Counted from the stretch's first letter, positions 26,111 through 40,380 are shown. The stretch: DNA of 64,000 nt from Octopus sinensis (GCF_006345805.1 NC_042997.1:179738001-179802000); one strand, 5' to 3'. Made by a program: numbers and translations. The notes: generated from the sequence alone by a model not told the origin.

Positions 26111-26769
26111 CTACTATCATGTTATATAAAAATGTAGGACACCTATCATTGCACTATTTAATATTAGATGCACTGCTTTCCTAAAATGAGTTATCCTCAT
26201 GACTGGAAAGTATTTGTTCGTAGGTTTGCTTGATCGTTGCTGACCTGGATATAATAAAATTTTTCTGTATCACTGTAGTGATATATATTATAATATAATA
26301 TAATATTAAGGTATCACTGTAGTGATGTATATACAATATAACAAAATGTTATTGTATCGTTGTAGTGATATATATAAAAATATAATATAATATACTATAA
26401 TGTCCATAGTTCAAAGATGTCTCTACCTATTCTCTTGACATGCTAGAAATAGTAGCCAACACCCCAGATGTTACATATAAGGAACAGAGATAAAGATTTA
26501 TATCAAATACGCATTCTTACAAATATTTAGGAATTAATTGCCTCTTCAGAGTACAATATCCCACTAATTTCGGTTTGCTAAGGGAACTCTCCATCACTAA
26601 CGCAAACGCCGCCGCCGCCACCACCATCCCCACCATTCCCACCACCGCAACCACCACCGTAAGCATCATCGTCACCGCCACAACCACCACCGCAACCACC
26701 ACCTTTGCCACTCCATCCGCCACCAATACCGCCGCCACCAACACTAACGCCGCCGTAGCCGCTGCCACC

Positions 26770-26801
<32 letters not shown>

Positions 26802-27301
26802 CATCATCACCACACCCTCACTCCCACCCCACCACCGTTATAACTAATGCTATAACTGCTGATGAATCTAACATCTGTACGAGACGAGAAACTTCATGGA
26901 AAGTAACGATTGATCGTATAGAATGAAAACTGAAAGTCGAAGGCGATTGGCAAATTTAGTTGTCAAAGGAAATCCTTTATTGAGCAACGCATGCTTAGGC
27001 ATCTTTAGCATGTCAGTCCTATCTGTTCCTAAGACGTTATGTACATTCTCTTTGCCATGAATGGAAGATGTGATTTTTAGCAGCTGCAGTGATTAGACAA
27101 AGGCTTCTATGTTAGTGGACAACATTAAAATGTTGTTGTTGCTTTGGCTGTGGTGACTTCAGATCACACACTTCCACATATTTTTCAGACATATTGTTAG
27201 GTTTACCATTATTTACGTCTCACTTTTAAAAGCTGAAGAATGTTATTAAAGTCATAAAAGAATTAGCTGGTACGTCTAGTAAGTCAAGCAAATAAATAAC
27301 T

Positions 27302-27486
27302 AGGCGCAGGAGTGGCTGTGTGGTAAGTACTTTGCTTACCAAACCACGTGGTTCCGGGTTCAGTCCCACGTCGTGGTACCTTGGGTAAGTGTCTTCTACT
27401 ATAGCCACGGGTCGCCCAAAGCCGTGTGAGTGGATTTGGTATGCGGAAACTGAAAGAAGCCGGTCGTATATGTATATATATATATG

Positions 27487-27547
<61 letters not shown>

Positions 27548-27858
27548 TTATTTATATGGGCATTCGTGTCTATATACGCATGTGCGTTTTTATATGCGTA
27601 TTTATTTATTCATAGTTGCATATTATATATAACTTTAAAAGAAATTCCAGAACGTGTTAATTCTAACGTGCAAAACATCATTACATTTCGAAATAAACGG
27701 ATTGACATCACACACTTTCATTACGCACAGTATCCTTACACACTTGTACATTCATACTCAAATAAGTACAATAAGTACAATAAGTACAATAAATACAAAG
27801 AATAATTCCTTGGGGCGATTTGCTCGACTAAATGGTGGTGCTCCAGCATAGCCGCAGT
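27302..27858 (+). mobile_element. SINE family A whose middle is replaced by a captured genomic segment
   Basis: Head 27302-27470, TA tract, the duplicated 225-bp segment, (aataagtac)x3, then family A 3' sequence gatttgctcgactaaa...ctccagcat. Confidence 0.85.
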
Positions 27859-28613
27859 ATTTTAATTTGTTTGGGTCAACAATGATTCAGCAAAACTATA
27901 AAGAAATTCGTTATCACTATTCTTTAATCAAGGAGACAAAACTGTAATATTATAAAATGCAGTGATTGGTGTCCAACATTTTAAAAGAAATAAAGATGTG
28001 AGTGTTCTTCCCAGAAGATTCTATAACCATATAAGTTTCCGTTTTTGGTTTCTAACATCATATGAGGTTGTGATTCCTTTGGGGTTATTTATAAAGTTTA
28101 AGAAAATTAGCTACACTCCAAATATACCAGTTATCAAAGGATATTTGCCTTTTATATGGAGAACTAAGTAGGGCTAAAATGTTTAACAACATTAACTTAT
28201 ATCAATTTACATTAATTTTTCAAATTCTAATTTTGCACCTCTTTGAGATCTTATCAATCCGAGATCCCAGAAGATTAATACTTTTGGAAATAAAATACAG
28301 TAGTGCCAATTAAAGGCGAAATCAGTGTTGACTAATGAGGTTTATCTCTATTCTAAACATTAAATACTTAGTTTCCTCGTCGAAAAGTAATATATCTCTA
28401 TCTTGTAGGTTAACAAATCATTTATCAGCTAAACTCTGCGAGGATACTAGAAATGACATATATTCATTGTGTCTATATTTTACCAAATTAGACTAATAAT
28501 TGTACGAGAATACATTGCAAGGTATTTCAGTAGCATTAGTATTTATTTGAATGTATGTGGTATATGGTATATATATTGATGATTTAGGCACACACACAAT
28601 ATATATATATAAG

Positions 28614-28890
28614 GGTAGACGGAAACTGAAAGAAGCCCGTCGTATATATGTATATGTATATATGTGTGCGCGCGCGTGTGTGTGATTATGTCTGTGTTTG
28701 TCCCCACTTGACAACCGATGCTGGTGTGTTTACGTCCCCGTAATATAGCGGTTCGGCAAAAGAGACCGATGGAATAAGTACTAGACTTACAAAGAATAAG
28801 TCCTGGGGTCGATTTGCTCGACTAAAGGCGATGCTCCAGCATGGCCGCAGTCAAATGACTGACACAAGTAAAAGAGTTAACAAAAAGAGT
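28614..28890 (+). mobile_element. 5'-truncated SINE family A
   Basis: ggtagacggaaactgaaagaagcccgtcg through gactgacacaagtaaaagagt. Confidence 0.9.
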
Positions 28891-28904
28891 ATATATACTA
28901 ATGA

Positions 28905-29075
28905 TTTAGGCACACGGCCAGAAATTTTGAGGGAAAAGAGGGGATCATTGACCGCAGTATTCATAAATACCGAAAGGAAAGAAAAATTTATCTGAATGAA
29001 TTTGAGCTCAGAACGGCAAGCAACACTACAAGGAATTTCCCGATGCTCTAACGATCCCGCTAATCCACCGCACAG
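28905..29075 (-). mobile_element. Degenerate SINE family B
   Basis: ggcacacggccagaaatttt...aatttgagctcagaacg...ctaacgat...ccgc. Confidence 0.55.
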
Positions 29076-30559
29076 TCTTTTAAGTATAATAATGATTATT
29101 TTGCAGTGTGTAAGGTGTTTATAAGCCCTTTAAGAAGCACACAAAAACCGTTAGATTCACTTCAACATAGTTCCAGCACACGATCTCAGATCAGGTCACT
29201 TGCTATGCAAATACATCTCCGTAAATGATTATTTTTACAAGCACAAAGACTGAGGGCCTATCAGTGTCATTTACGCTTTCTTCATCCAGGAAGGGGAAGC
29301 TTTATGTGATTACTCGAAAGGAAACATTAGATAATCTGACTCTGCATACCATATACATGAAAATATGACGTTATTGTCAAAGCGACAACGCATTGAGCAT
29401 AGATTTATTTGATCAGCATATGCAGTTGGTTAAAAAGAACAAACAAAGAAAAAGCGACAATATCCTTATGATTGTAAACGTTCAATTCAAAACATTGATC
29501 AATACATCGAACTATTGATATACTGTACGAAAAGAAGGAAACCGATCCGAACCTATTTGAAGTTGAATTGGTTTCTTGCTGAAAATGATTCTGAAAACTT
29601 CAATCTGAGAAAATTTTACTATTTAAATGAAACTGAGGAAATAAATGGTGACGTATAGAAGAAGTTGAGGTCGATAAAGTCGGTAAACTACGTACAGAGA
29701 TATGTGGCGGGTTAATTACAATATTTGATTTACAGGTATTTCTTTGTGTATATATCAATTGCGATCTTGAGCCAACGAAGAAATGTAGAGCGACGAGCCA
29801 AGAGATAAAAGAAAAACTATAAAATTATAACAAAATGAATACTGAAAAGAGAAAGATAACAAGACACAGAATAGCTTTTCTTTTTAAATTATATTTTTGA
29901 AATAATGAATATGCTACTGTTTTTTAATAGTTGCTCAAATAAATGCTCAAAGTATCAACTTCGATATTTTTAAAACACTTAACCACCGGTATATTAACAG
30001 CACAGTTGAACTGAATTTCAAATACGCCATCTTCATCGTTATCTTCAGCATCGTTGTCGTCGTCGTCGTCGTCATCATCATCATTATTAATAACAATAGC
30101 AACAACACCATCTTTCATATGAAGAACGAAAATAGATGGCAACCATTTCATAGCTTTTGATGCTGTTTTTGGCTTCGGCTTTATTTATTTATTTATTTTT
30201 TATATTGTGATTTAATATTGTTTTGATCGTTCTTTTTCTGGTCTCATGTCTTTGCTTTTGTTTCAGTCAAGAACGATGTATTTTTTTTTTCTTTTTTGAG
30301 GGGAAAAATTACAAATATTTTTGTTTTTGCTGTAGTAATTATGTGGGAGTATCCTGGTGTCAGATTAGTGTTACCTGTAACTTATACTGTTTATGACGGG
30401 AGAAAAATAATGAAAGAAAGGTGAATGAAAGATCTAGAAAGAAAAATTTACTAAGCAGACAAAGTCTAAGATCTTTGTTCTTGGAAATGTCAATTAAAAC
30501 TTCGGTGAAACATCAAGTTTTAGAAGAAAATGAAGGAGAAAAGAACATAATGATGCTTC

Positions 30560-30561
30560 TG

Positions 30562-30637
<76 letters not shown>

Positions 30638-30772
30638 TAACAATAATAATAACAAGAAAAACAAAAGCAATAAGAAGAGAAAAAAGAATGTTGATGATTA
30701 TGATGATAATGATTTCTTTTATGATAACAACAACAATAGCAATAATAATAATAATAATTAGAAGAAGAAGAA

Positions 30773-30804
<32 letters not shown>

Positions 30805-30940
30805 AGAAGAAGAGAAGAAGAAGAAGAGAAGAAGAACAACAACAACAACAACAAAAAGAAGAAGAAGAAGAAGAAGAAGAAGAAGAAGAAGAAGAAGAAG
30901 AAGAAGAAGAAGAAGAAGAAGGATAATAATAATAATAATG
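30560..30940 (+). repeat. Compound (AAT)n/(AAG)n/(AAC)n microsatellite
   Basis: Directly visible. Confidence 0.95.
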
Positions 30941-31624
30941 GAAAAAGTATTTTATCATATTTTTGAAATACCAATTAAAATACATGGATCTTATTGATTT
31001 TTTTTCTTCATTAATTTGTAGCTTATCTGAATTTCATCAAAGAATGTCGATATAAAGAAATATGTCAAAATAGTGAAATAGCGACCAAAAAAGAAAAGCA
31101 AAGAAAAACAGAGAGAGAGAAAAAAAAAACATAACAGCGACAAAGTATTGGACACGAAACAAAAATCACAAAAGAGATAAAAAGAACATTTAAAGCCATA
31201 ATTGATGATGATGATGATAGTGGTGGTGGTGGTGGTGGTGGTGGTGGTAATGCTTATGTTGATGATGATAATAAAAATAATAATGATGATGATAATGGCG
31301 TCGACGAACCCGGCGTAGACGAAGTCGACAATTTCTGGCAACAACTAAATAAAAACATGAAATATAACAAAATACAGCGAAATACATGTTCTATCGCTTT
31401 TCTATGTAATTCTAATGTTGAAATGAAATGGTGAAAAATAACGGCAGCGGAGATATCTCAAAAGCTTCTGGAAGAAATAACAGCAGAACTATAATGAAGT
31501 GTGGTGACGATGTTGATGATGATGATGATGATGATGATGATGTTAATAGTATCGTAGACGATTATGATTACTACAGTCATGATGATGACGATGAGAATGG
31601 TATTTATTACGACAATATTAATTT

Positions 31625-32240
31625 CTGAATCAGAAGCAAGGACAAAATTTTTCAGGGGGAAAACAACAGTACTTAATTTTTCCATTATTTCATTGACACT
31701 GAACGGTTGAAAGGGTAGCTGACCTCTATGGATATTGAACTCAGAATATAACGTGCAATAAGTGCCGTACGGAAATTTTTCTAAAGGTCTAAACCATTCT
31801 ATCAATTTGCCACTTGTAATTTTAAGGGGGAAATGGTAGTCAATTACTTCAACAACGAAACTGCTGGTTTATTTTATTGATTCTGGATGCTGGAAGGCAA
31901 ACTCAGCCTCGGCAGGTTTTGAAAACAGAAATTAAAAAGAAAGAAAAAAAAAGCATGAAATACCACACATCAATTCTTTTTTCCCGACGGTCTAACCATT
32001 CTGCCAATCTACCACCTTAAAAGTTATAATACCTGTTTCAGATTTGGGCACAAGACGAGCAGTTTTGTGGAGAAAGGGTCAGTCAATACTATGGAACTCA
32101 GTACCAGCCAGTTTATCTTGAAGGACGTGGGAGAATGAAAAGTAAAGTTGATTTTAGCAGGATTTGAACTCAGAATGTTTAGAATTTTGGTTAAAAATTG
32201 CCTTGCAGCATTTTCCCCAGTATTCTAACGGTTTAGCCAG
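31625..32240 (-). mobile_element. Tandem degenerate SINE family B monomers (about three)
   Basis: Recurrent caag..c...aattt, tgaactcagaat, ctaa.cattct..caat.t.ccac at a ~210-bp period. Confidence 0.55.
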
Positions 32241-32399
32241 CGCAGAGATTTTTTTTTCTTATTTTGCTATATAATATTTCTTTTACAGAATTTAATAAAT
32301 ATATCTTAAAATACTTCTTGCACCTTGCTATAAATATATATATTTTATAATATATGCACATATATTGCACTAGTGTCTCTACGAATGAATGTACGTATG

Positions 32400-32505
32400 T
32401 ATATGTATGACTATACAAATGTATATATGTATATATTATCGAATATCTAATTGTGTGTGTATTGCGTTCTTGTCCATTTTGTATTTTATATATATATATA
32501 TATGC

Positions 32506-32587
<82 letters not shown>

Positions 32588-32790
32588 CATACATATATAT
32601 ATATATAAAATAAAATACAAAAGAACGCAATACACACACAATCAGATATTCGATAATATATACATATAATATATACATATATACATATATATATACATAT
32701 ATGACTATGCAAATGTATATATGTATATATTAACGAATATCTGATTGTGTGTGTATTGCGTTCTTGTCCCATTTTGTATTTTATTTTATT
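32400..32790. repeat. Direct-inverted-direct triplication of a ~60-90-bp unit within TA repeats
   Basis: cgaatatct.attgtgtgtgtattgcgttctt on + at ~32440 and ~32734, and on - at ~32620-32652. Confidence 0.85.
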
Positions 32791-33118
32791 TATATATATA
32801 TATATATACAGCGGGGTACGTACACTTTGTTCTCTTATACATACATATACACACATTTGCATATTGATTCAAGAATATGTGTGCGTGTGTGCTTGAGTGT
32901 CTGTTTATGTGCCGTGTGTGTTCTTATATATGTATGAATAAATCCTAGTTAGCACGCCACCGTATGACTTTATTACGAACTAAAATATTTCCAAGAATGT
33001 CTTATCAATAGTTTCCATACAATCTCCAATATCTCGTCATCTTCAAAACCTCATTGCTTCTCCTTTTCTCACAATATCAATGACTGGCTTTATCAGATTT
33101 ACTTCAACTATACAACAC

Positions 33119-33185
<67 letters not shown>

Positions 33186-33329
33186 TCTCTCTGATAGACA
33201 CACGCACATACACACACACAAACACTCTCTCTCCCTCTCTCTTATTCTATCTTTCCTCTCCCTTAATCATCTACTGCTCGATTTCTCTTTAACAGTTACA
33301 TTCCAATTTTCAAAATTTAATTAGGTGCA

Positions 33330-34496
33330 AGTAAGGCTGTGTCCTACTCACTTGCTATAGTGGAGAAGATTGCATGTTACGTTGAGGCGGGAAGCAATTT
33401 TTGTTGGGCGCTCAATCTCACAGCCAAATTCATTCGGGTCCAAGGGCTGGGTCTAATGGCAGAAGTCATACAATTTCCTAATACTCCAATTTGTGGATTT
33501 GGTCTTACCTCGTTAAAACCTACATCTGCTACAGAAAAATGATCGAAGAAACAAAGGGAACCTTAAGGTTCGGGGGATAAGAACAGCCTCGCAAACGGAG
33601 AATGTCACATGATAGATCTTATCGAAATATGTTCCGTGCTTGATCATGTCGAAATATGCTATACAGGCTCGGAAGAAAAGCTATCACTGGTTCATGGAAT
33701 ATCATAACCATGTTTGAATGTAATTAAAACATCACAAATTGCTGCTGAGTGCAAGAGATACGACATTTTCATTTGAAGTAGGGTAATATAGAGAATTAGT
33801 TCTCTTAGGTGGACAAGATAATGAAAGTTATTTGCTTTCAGATGACGTGTTTCTGATGTTCGCACGATCATGCTCAGAAGAAATCTGTTTCCACATAAGA
33901 AAACTCATCAGGCAAACTAGATCTTACCAGACGATATAATAATACCAGATTAACCATTTATGCATCTCTTGCAACTTTAAAAGATCGATGATGGATGTCA
34001 GAGTAAAAACGATCATTGATTTAGCACCCGATCACTTTCTCTTGGTTGACAGCAAGAGATTAAAGCCTAAAAAGGAGCACAGATCGCAGACCATCAAAGA
34101 GAAAGACCACCATGCATAAGATTTTGCAAATCTAGGAATCCATTTCCAGTTCAACATCTTTAGAGAAGGTTTGAATGGTTCAGCACCCAAATACACAAGA
34201 GCAAAGACGACCTTCTCCTTGAATGGAAACAAAAAATTCTACTAAGAATAGATAAACACGCAGATGCTAACAATGATTCATGTAAACGAGTTGAGGACAG
34301 ACATGGTCAATGCGAACTGAACAAAACCTCTCCAACGTCAAATAAGAAATCAAGAGCATAATTTGAAGAGACGAGTTCAAGTACACTGCTGATTTAACGG
34401 ATGAAGCTGCGGTTGTCGCATCAATTGGCAACACGGAGATGCTGAGTTGAAAACACAATATGATCGATTTCAAGCTTTGTGACAATGAGGGCAACA

Positions 34497-34548
<52 letters not shown>

Positions 34549-34903
34549 ATATTGAGGGTACTACTATTCGTAGATACCACACGCTAAAGAGGGACCAATG
34601 CAGTCAAAACTACTAAAATAAACAAAATTTTACCGAATGCAAAACTTCAAAGCAAATCATTTAAAAAAAAAAAATTATTTGCTTTGAAGTTTTGCATTCG
34701 GTAAAATTTTGTTTATTTTAGTAGTTTTGACCGCATTGGTCCCTCTTAGCGTATGGTATCTACGAATAGTAGTACCCTCAATATAATATAAATAAATATT
34801 TTCAAAGTGGAAAAATTTACGGATTTTTTCTCTTACGAGCTTTTTCACGCTAACTACTGATAACTTCTTTTAAAGATTTTATCCTCAATTGTTAATATAT
34901 ATA

Positions 34904-34981
<78 letters not shown>

Positions 34982-34990
34982 TAGATAGAT

Positions 34991-35062
<72 letters not shown>

Positions 35063-35880
35063 GATAGATAGATAGATATAGATATAGATGTGTGTGTGTG
35101 TGTGTATACATATTCCAAATACCTCCAAAAGCTGGTCTATAGAGATGCACCAGGAGACCCTCTAAACATTCAAGAGGCTGAACTATAACTAACTATGAAG
35201 CTGCAAACCGATAAAAGTCTCCAAAGTTATAATGACCATAAAGAACATCAGAGCAGCGGAATCAGGCAGCTTTAACTTTGAAGTTCACAAGATCAGTATT
35301 GTGGTTAGAATGCAGAGTCTACAGTCTGACTCTTAGAAAAAGAACCAATAAAAATTCGTTTCCGATTGGAAAGAAAGCTACCTTGTGAAACGTTCGAAGG
35401 AGGCATTTATCAACAAATTCTAGAACTGCTGTGGAATAGTGCTGCTGTAAGTTTCTGAGAAAGGAAGGTGCGAAAGGAAGGAAGATGCTTTCCTACGTGA
35501 AAAGCAAGAGAAATTCATAATGAAGAGTCATTTATGGATCAAATAATTTCTTTGAAAGCATAGTCGAACCGACTGCAAATCTATTATGTCCCTTGCATTA
35601 AATATCATGCTGTATGAATATGCTTTTGGGAGTGTCGCTTCTGATAAGGATCTAAGGTATCCTACGGAACATCATGCACATTCTACAGAAATCATATGAA
35701 GAACCCAGCTGCAGAATTCAAAGAGAAGATTAGCAAGGAATTTTGCAGAAAAGTCTTTTGCTCCTGCTAGTGATCGACAAAGTAATGACAGAATGGGCAC
35801 AGTGTGTGTAGTGAATTGTCTTCGGACGTTCATTGTGTTGACCAATAATTTACAAGTGGAATTTGGTACGCAGAAATTGT
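33330..35880 (+). pseudogene. Decayed RTE-clade LINE (APE endonuclease plus RT start), interrupted at 34497-35105
   Basis: LFPHKKTHQ, QINHLCIS..FKRSMMDVRVK..DLAPDHFLLV (APE C-terminus); WKESYLVKRSK...NCCGIVLL (WK.G..VKLPK..NYRGI-like); YEYAFGSV. Confidence 0.8.
34543..34790. repeat. Near-perfect ~250-bp palindrome
   Basis: attgagggtactactattcgtagatacca...cttcaaagcaaat is mirrored by atttgctttgaag...tacgaatagtagtaccctcaat around a poly-A centre, with very few mismatches. Confidence 0.95.
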
Positions 35881-35927
35881 GCAAGTGCCTCCTCACACGC
35901 ACACATATACACATATACATATATACT

Positions 35928-36354
35928 TGTAGCGTGACACAAGAAGCCAGCGCCATTTTGTGCGAGATCTCGCCGGCAGCCATTACCATGTCCAAGACAA
36001 GAGCGAGATCTCGCCTACAACAAATATCTGCCGTGTGCGAGACCACAGCGAGTCTCTCGTGGACAACATCTATTTAAGGAGGCGTATAAAGGTGATTCTT
36101 TCTCTTGCGTTCACGCTCACGCTAAGCAACACTGCAAACTGGCAGCTCACAGCAGATTCTTGTCCTGCTCTAACTTCACCCATTATCTCCAGAGGTAATG
36201 TACCTCACGTGAACGGAACTTAAACGAACTACGCGCTGCTATACAGATGGTTGCCAGACTAAATAAACAACCATGAATGCGGACTAAATAAACAACCATT
36301 GATTTGCATCCGCTTGTAAGCTTCTTCTTTCGTGTTCCAGATCCTAAGACTACA
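35928..36354 (+). mobile_element. Probable solo LTR
   Basis: TGTAG...CTACA termini, GC-richer than its flanks, TATA-like tatttaagg/tataaagg and a duplicated actaaataaacaaccat containing AATAAA. No TSD seen. Confidence 0.5.
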
Positions 36355-36514
36355 GAAAATAATTGTAATGGGAGAAGGAGATACTTCGCAGGTATCATGA
36401 ACCTTCGAGTGCCATTGTATACTTTTCAAGGGTATCTTTGAAGGTACACATACATATATATATATATATATATACGCACATATACATACCTATACATATA
36501 CTTTCGTTTATGTA

Positions 36515-37781
36515 CAGGGTTTGGACAAAGTATTTGGAACACGTGTTAAATTCAATGAATATTTATTTAATATGGATTTGGTCCTCTTTTAGCTTTCTGA
36601 ACAGCTTCGATGCGTCTAGGAATAGATTCATGCAACTTCCTGACTTTATTAAGAGGATTCTTAAGCCATTCTGCCTGCCAAACCTGATTCAGCTGTTGCA
36701 GACACGACGGTGGAGGGTAACGGCTTCTGACTTGTCGCTCCAAGACAAACTACAGATGCTCAATAATATTAAGATCTGGAGATTCAGGGGGCCACTCCAT
36801 GTGGCCACTACTATGCTCTTCGTATCAATTCTTTACCACATGAGAGGTGTGTATTAGAGCATTGTCATCTTAGAAGTTGCACTCGTCAGCAGAGAATAAT
36901 GTCTGGCCCACAGGAAGGACTTCATTCTCCAAAATATTCAGATAATAATTGCTGTTGATCCGACCATGCAGGGTAACGATTCGACCAAGAGCATTCCAAG
37001 AAATGGCAACCCAAATTGTCACAGACTGTTCACGTGCTTCACTGTAGGAAGAAGTCGGTCAGGATTAAAAATTTCCCCGGGCTGCCTCCACACATAAACT
37101 CACCTTAAACTGGGGAAAAAATAAAAACTGGACTCATCGGAGAATATATTACTTCCTTCCATTGGTCTGTAGACCAGCCCTTGTGATCTCTACACCAGTT
37201 CAGCCTTTTCTGAATGTTTTATGAGAAAGCAGAAATTTCCGGATGGTGGCAATTCCATGATATCTGGCTTTATTGAGCTCACGGTGAACAGTTTTGAGCT
37301 AGTCGGATGATGATTCAACTCTGTAGTCACTTTAAGGAGAGTTGTCTGGTGATTTTTCATCACAATGCGATTTAACACACGTCAGTCTCCATCAGTGAGC
37401 TTCGAAGTCTTGTCGGACTTACTCCTCCTGATGGAGGTTTTGTCCTGCTTCTCAAATTCAGGCATGGTCCTTGATATTGTAGCTCTCGAAAAACCATGTA
37501 ATTCACATGTTCTGGTGACGGAAGCTCATGCCATTCGAGCTCCAACAATTTGGCCTTTTTCGAACTCAGTGAGGTCAGGCATCTTAGCTTAATTTATACA
37601 AAGATCTGAAAAGGAGATAGAAATAATGAGATAAATAATGAGATAAAAAGAGATAAATAAAACCATCTACAAAACAAAAAAAATACTCAGAATGAAATTT
37701 GGATGGATATTCGTAAAATAATGGTTCATTGAAATATTGGAGTCAGATTTCTACTGTTCCAGTTATTTTGTCCAGCCCCTG
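36515..37781 (-). mobile_element. Full-length decayed Tc1-family transposon
   Basis: TA-flanked imperfect TIRs CAGGGTTTGGACAAAGTATTTGGAAC / CAGGGGCTGGACAAAATAACTGGAAC. Confidence 0.92.
36567..37582 (-). pseudogene. Tc1 DD34E-type transposase pseudogene
   Basis: MPDLTEFEKGQIVGARMA, IFSDES, F*DDNA, PDLNIIEHL, SIPRRIEAVQKAKRGPNPY*. Confidence 0.9.
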
Positions 37782-38822
37782 TATATGTGAAACTGCAAAG
37801 TAGACATAAAACACATGGCAAGTTTAACTATTTCTATGTTGACTGAAAGAAATTATGAGTAGCTTTAATCGATTATTGAATTCTCATCAAAGGTATGTGC
37901 ATCATTTGAACGACCCCAGAGAAATAAGCGGCTAAATTGTTCAAATACAAATACAAGAGCGACAGAGAACTGGAACTAATAATTTGCATAGCATAACTAT
38001 TCAACACTTTATCTAATATCAGCGACCTGTCAACGGGAATCTCAGTTCACACAGTATAAAGGAACGATATATGCACACCTATGTGATAGACATACATATA
38101 GGAATAAATGCACACACCCACATATACACATATGCCTCTCCGTTCTCCATCCTGCAATATATTTTCTAAGCGTTACCCACTATTCTGGTCTCCTTGGCAC
38201 CCAAGGCCGTATATTGCTTGGCTGTTCATCCTTTCCCACCGTCCTAAATCACACTCTGTGTCGTTTTGGTTGTTTTGCTTTGTTTGTTTTCGTCCCTAAT
38301 TCTCCGCAAGAAAACGTTTTTGCGGGCACTGCCAACGGGGGAGCGCTCAGTTACCGTTAAAGGTGCGAAGCTGAATATTACTAAATAGTAACTAACTGAT
38401 GAAGAATTACAGTCCTTCTGTTGGTCTCCCGTTCTTTTTTACATTCAATATACGTTATGCCCTATATATATATACCACCTAAGGATCTGTGAATCTGTTG
38501 GCAACTGTCGACTCTAAAGGGCGCCGGGTTATTTAAACGGTGTGTTATCTAACATCCCCTGGAATACCAGTGCAAGTCCAATTGCTAAGATCGTCCGTTA
38601 TGGACATATAGTACTATAGCCTTTGATTAATACACACATATACGCACACACACACATGCGCGCACACATAAACACATTTATATATATGTTCATATGGCCA
38701 TAAGCGGCCATATTACATATTTAGTAATGGAGATAAACGCAAGCTTGCTAGAAATATATTTATGCGGAGTCCCCAAAAATAGATAATTAAAGTACGGAAT
38801 GAAATAAAGCGTCTAATTTCTT

Positions 38823-38964
38823 GACTCGACAGCTGTTTCGGGAAGCCCGGAGTTATGCAATAATCATAATAATCATACATTGCAAATGAAATGGTCATGT
38901 ATATGTAATCGGTAACAAGACACATGAAGATGTTAGATAAGCCCGGCTCACGTCATCAAGAGTT
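38823..38964 (-). ncRNA. Hammerhead-like motif with ~110-nt extended helix II
   Basis: Minus strand ACTC TTGATGA CGtgagccgggcttat...ataactccgggcttccCG AAACAGCTGTC GAGT: helix I ACTC/GAGT, one core change (C3U), palindromic helix III, GUC triplet. Confidence 0.65.
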
Positions 38965-39059
38965 GTTTAAGTCAAACATGAAACCGGTCAAGTGTATTAC
39001 ATTTGATATAAATAAATCTCCCTATAGAATTTCACTGTATTTTCAAATTTATTTATATT

Positions 39060-39272
39060 AATGCATGCAGGAATAGATACATACATACATACATACATAC
39101 ATACATACATGTATACATGCATACATACATACATAATGCATACATACATACATACATACATGTATACATACATACATACATACATACATACATACATGCA
39201 TACATGCATACATACATACATACATGCATACATACATACATACATACATACATACATACATGTATACATACA

Positions 39273-39304
<32 letters not shown>

Positions 39305-39318
39305 CATACATACATATG
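39060..39318. repeat. (CATA)n microsatellite
   Basis: Directly visible. Also at 10.07-10.17, 39.86-39.96, 43.93-44.14 and 54.15-54.25 kb. Confidence 0.95.
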
Positions 39319-39919
39319 AGATTCCTAATATAGAGAAGTTAGCGCTGCATATTGCATATATATTATTTATTTATAAGAAATCTTTAATGCTAGCATTGCT
39401 CAAACACAATTCGATACATTATAGAAATTCAAAACGATTACGAGAAAGAGATAGGTGCGATAGCGATGAGAATTAAGCGCGAAAATGAGAAAAGGGAAGA
39501 CGGAGAATACATGTGTACGATGCGTGTGCAAGCGTGCGCGCGTGTGTGTGTAGAATGGATAATGGTTTCTTGTAAAGAGAAATGTAAGAAAGAGCGTTAC
39601 GGAGGGAGGGAGGGAGGGAAAATGAAAGTAAAAGAGTAATAATAAAATATAAACACTAAACATGAACAATCAAATCATTTCATGAGAATTGAAGCGTTGC
39701 TGGAAATAGATAGATAAATAGATAGATAGATGAAGGGAGAGAGAGAGAGAGGGAGGAGAGAGATACGCCAAAAGATATAAAGATAGCTGGATAGCTAAAA
39801 CTGTGAAAAATATAAATGTTTTATAATGAAGAGAAACGCAGAAACACATACACTCACGCAGTTTATACATACATACATACATACATACATACATACATAC
39901 ATACATACATACATACATG

Positions 39920-39951
<32 letters not shown>

Positions 39952-40069
39952 CATACATACATTCAAAGAAATACTTACATGTGTGTGTATGTGAATATGT
40001 ATGTGCATGCATATACGCATGCAAGTTGTTATATATTTATATAGGTATATTTAGCATATATATATATAG

Positions 40070-40103
<34 letters not shown>

Positions 40104-40322
40104 AACATATATATATATATATATATATATGTATATGTATATGTATATATATGTATATATATATATGTATGTATATCTATATGTATATGTATGTATATAT
40201 ATACATATATATATACATATATATATGTATATATATACATATATATATATACATATATATGCATACATATATATATAAACGCATCATAATCAAATATTCA
40301 CATAAATCTCTCCCTCCTCCTT

Positions 40323-40380
<58 letters not shown>

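Noticed and set aside
28000-28490. LINE RT C-terminal remnant on the minus strand (ETKYL)
   Set aside because: Too degenerate to support by eye.
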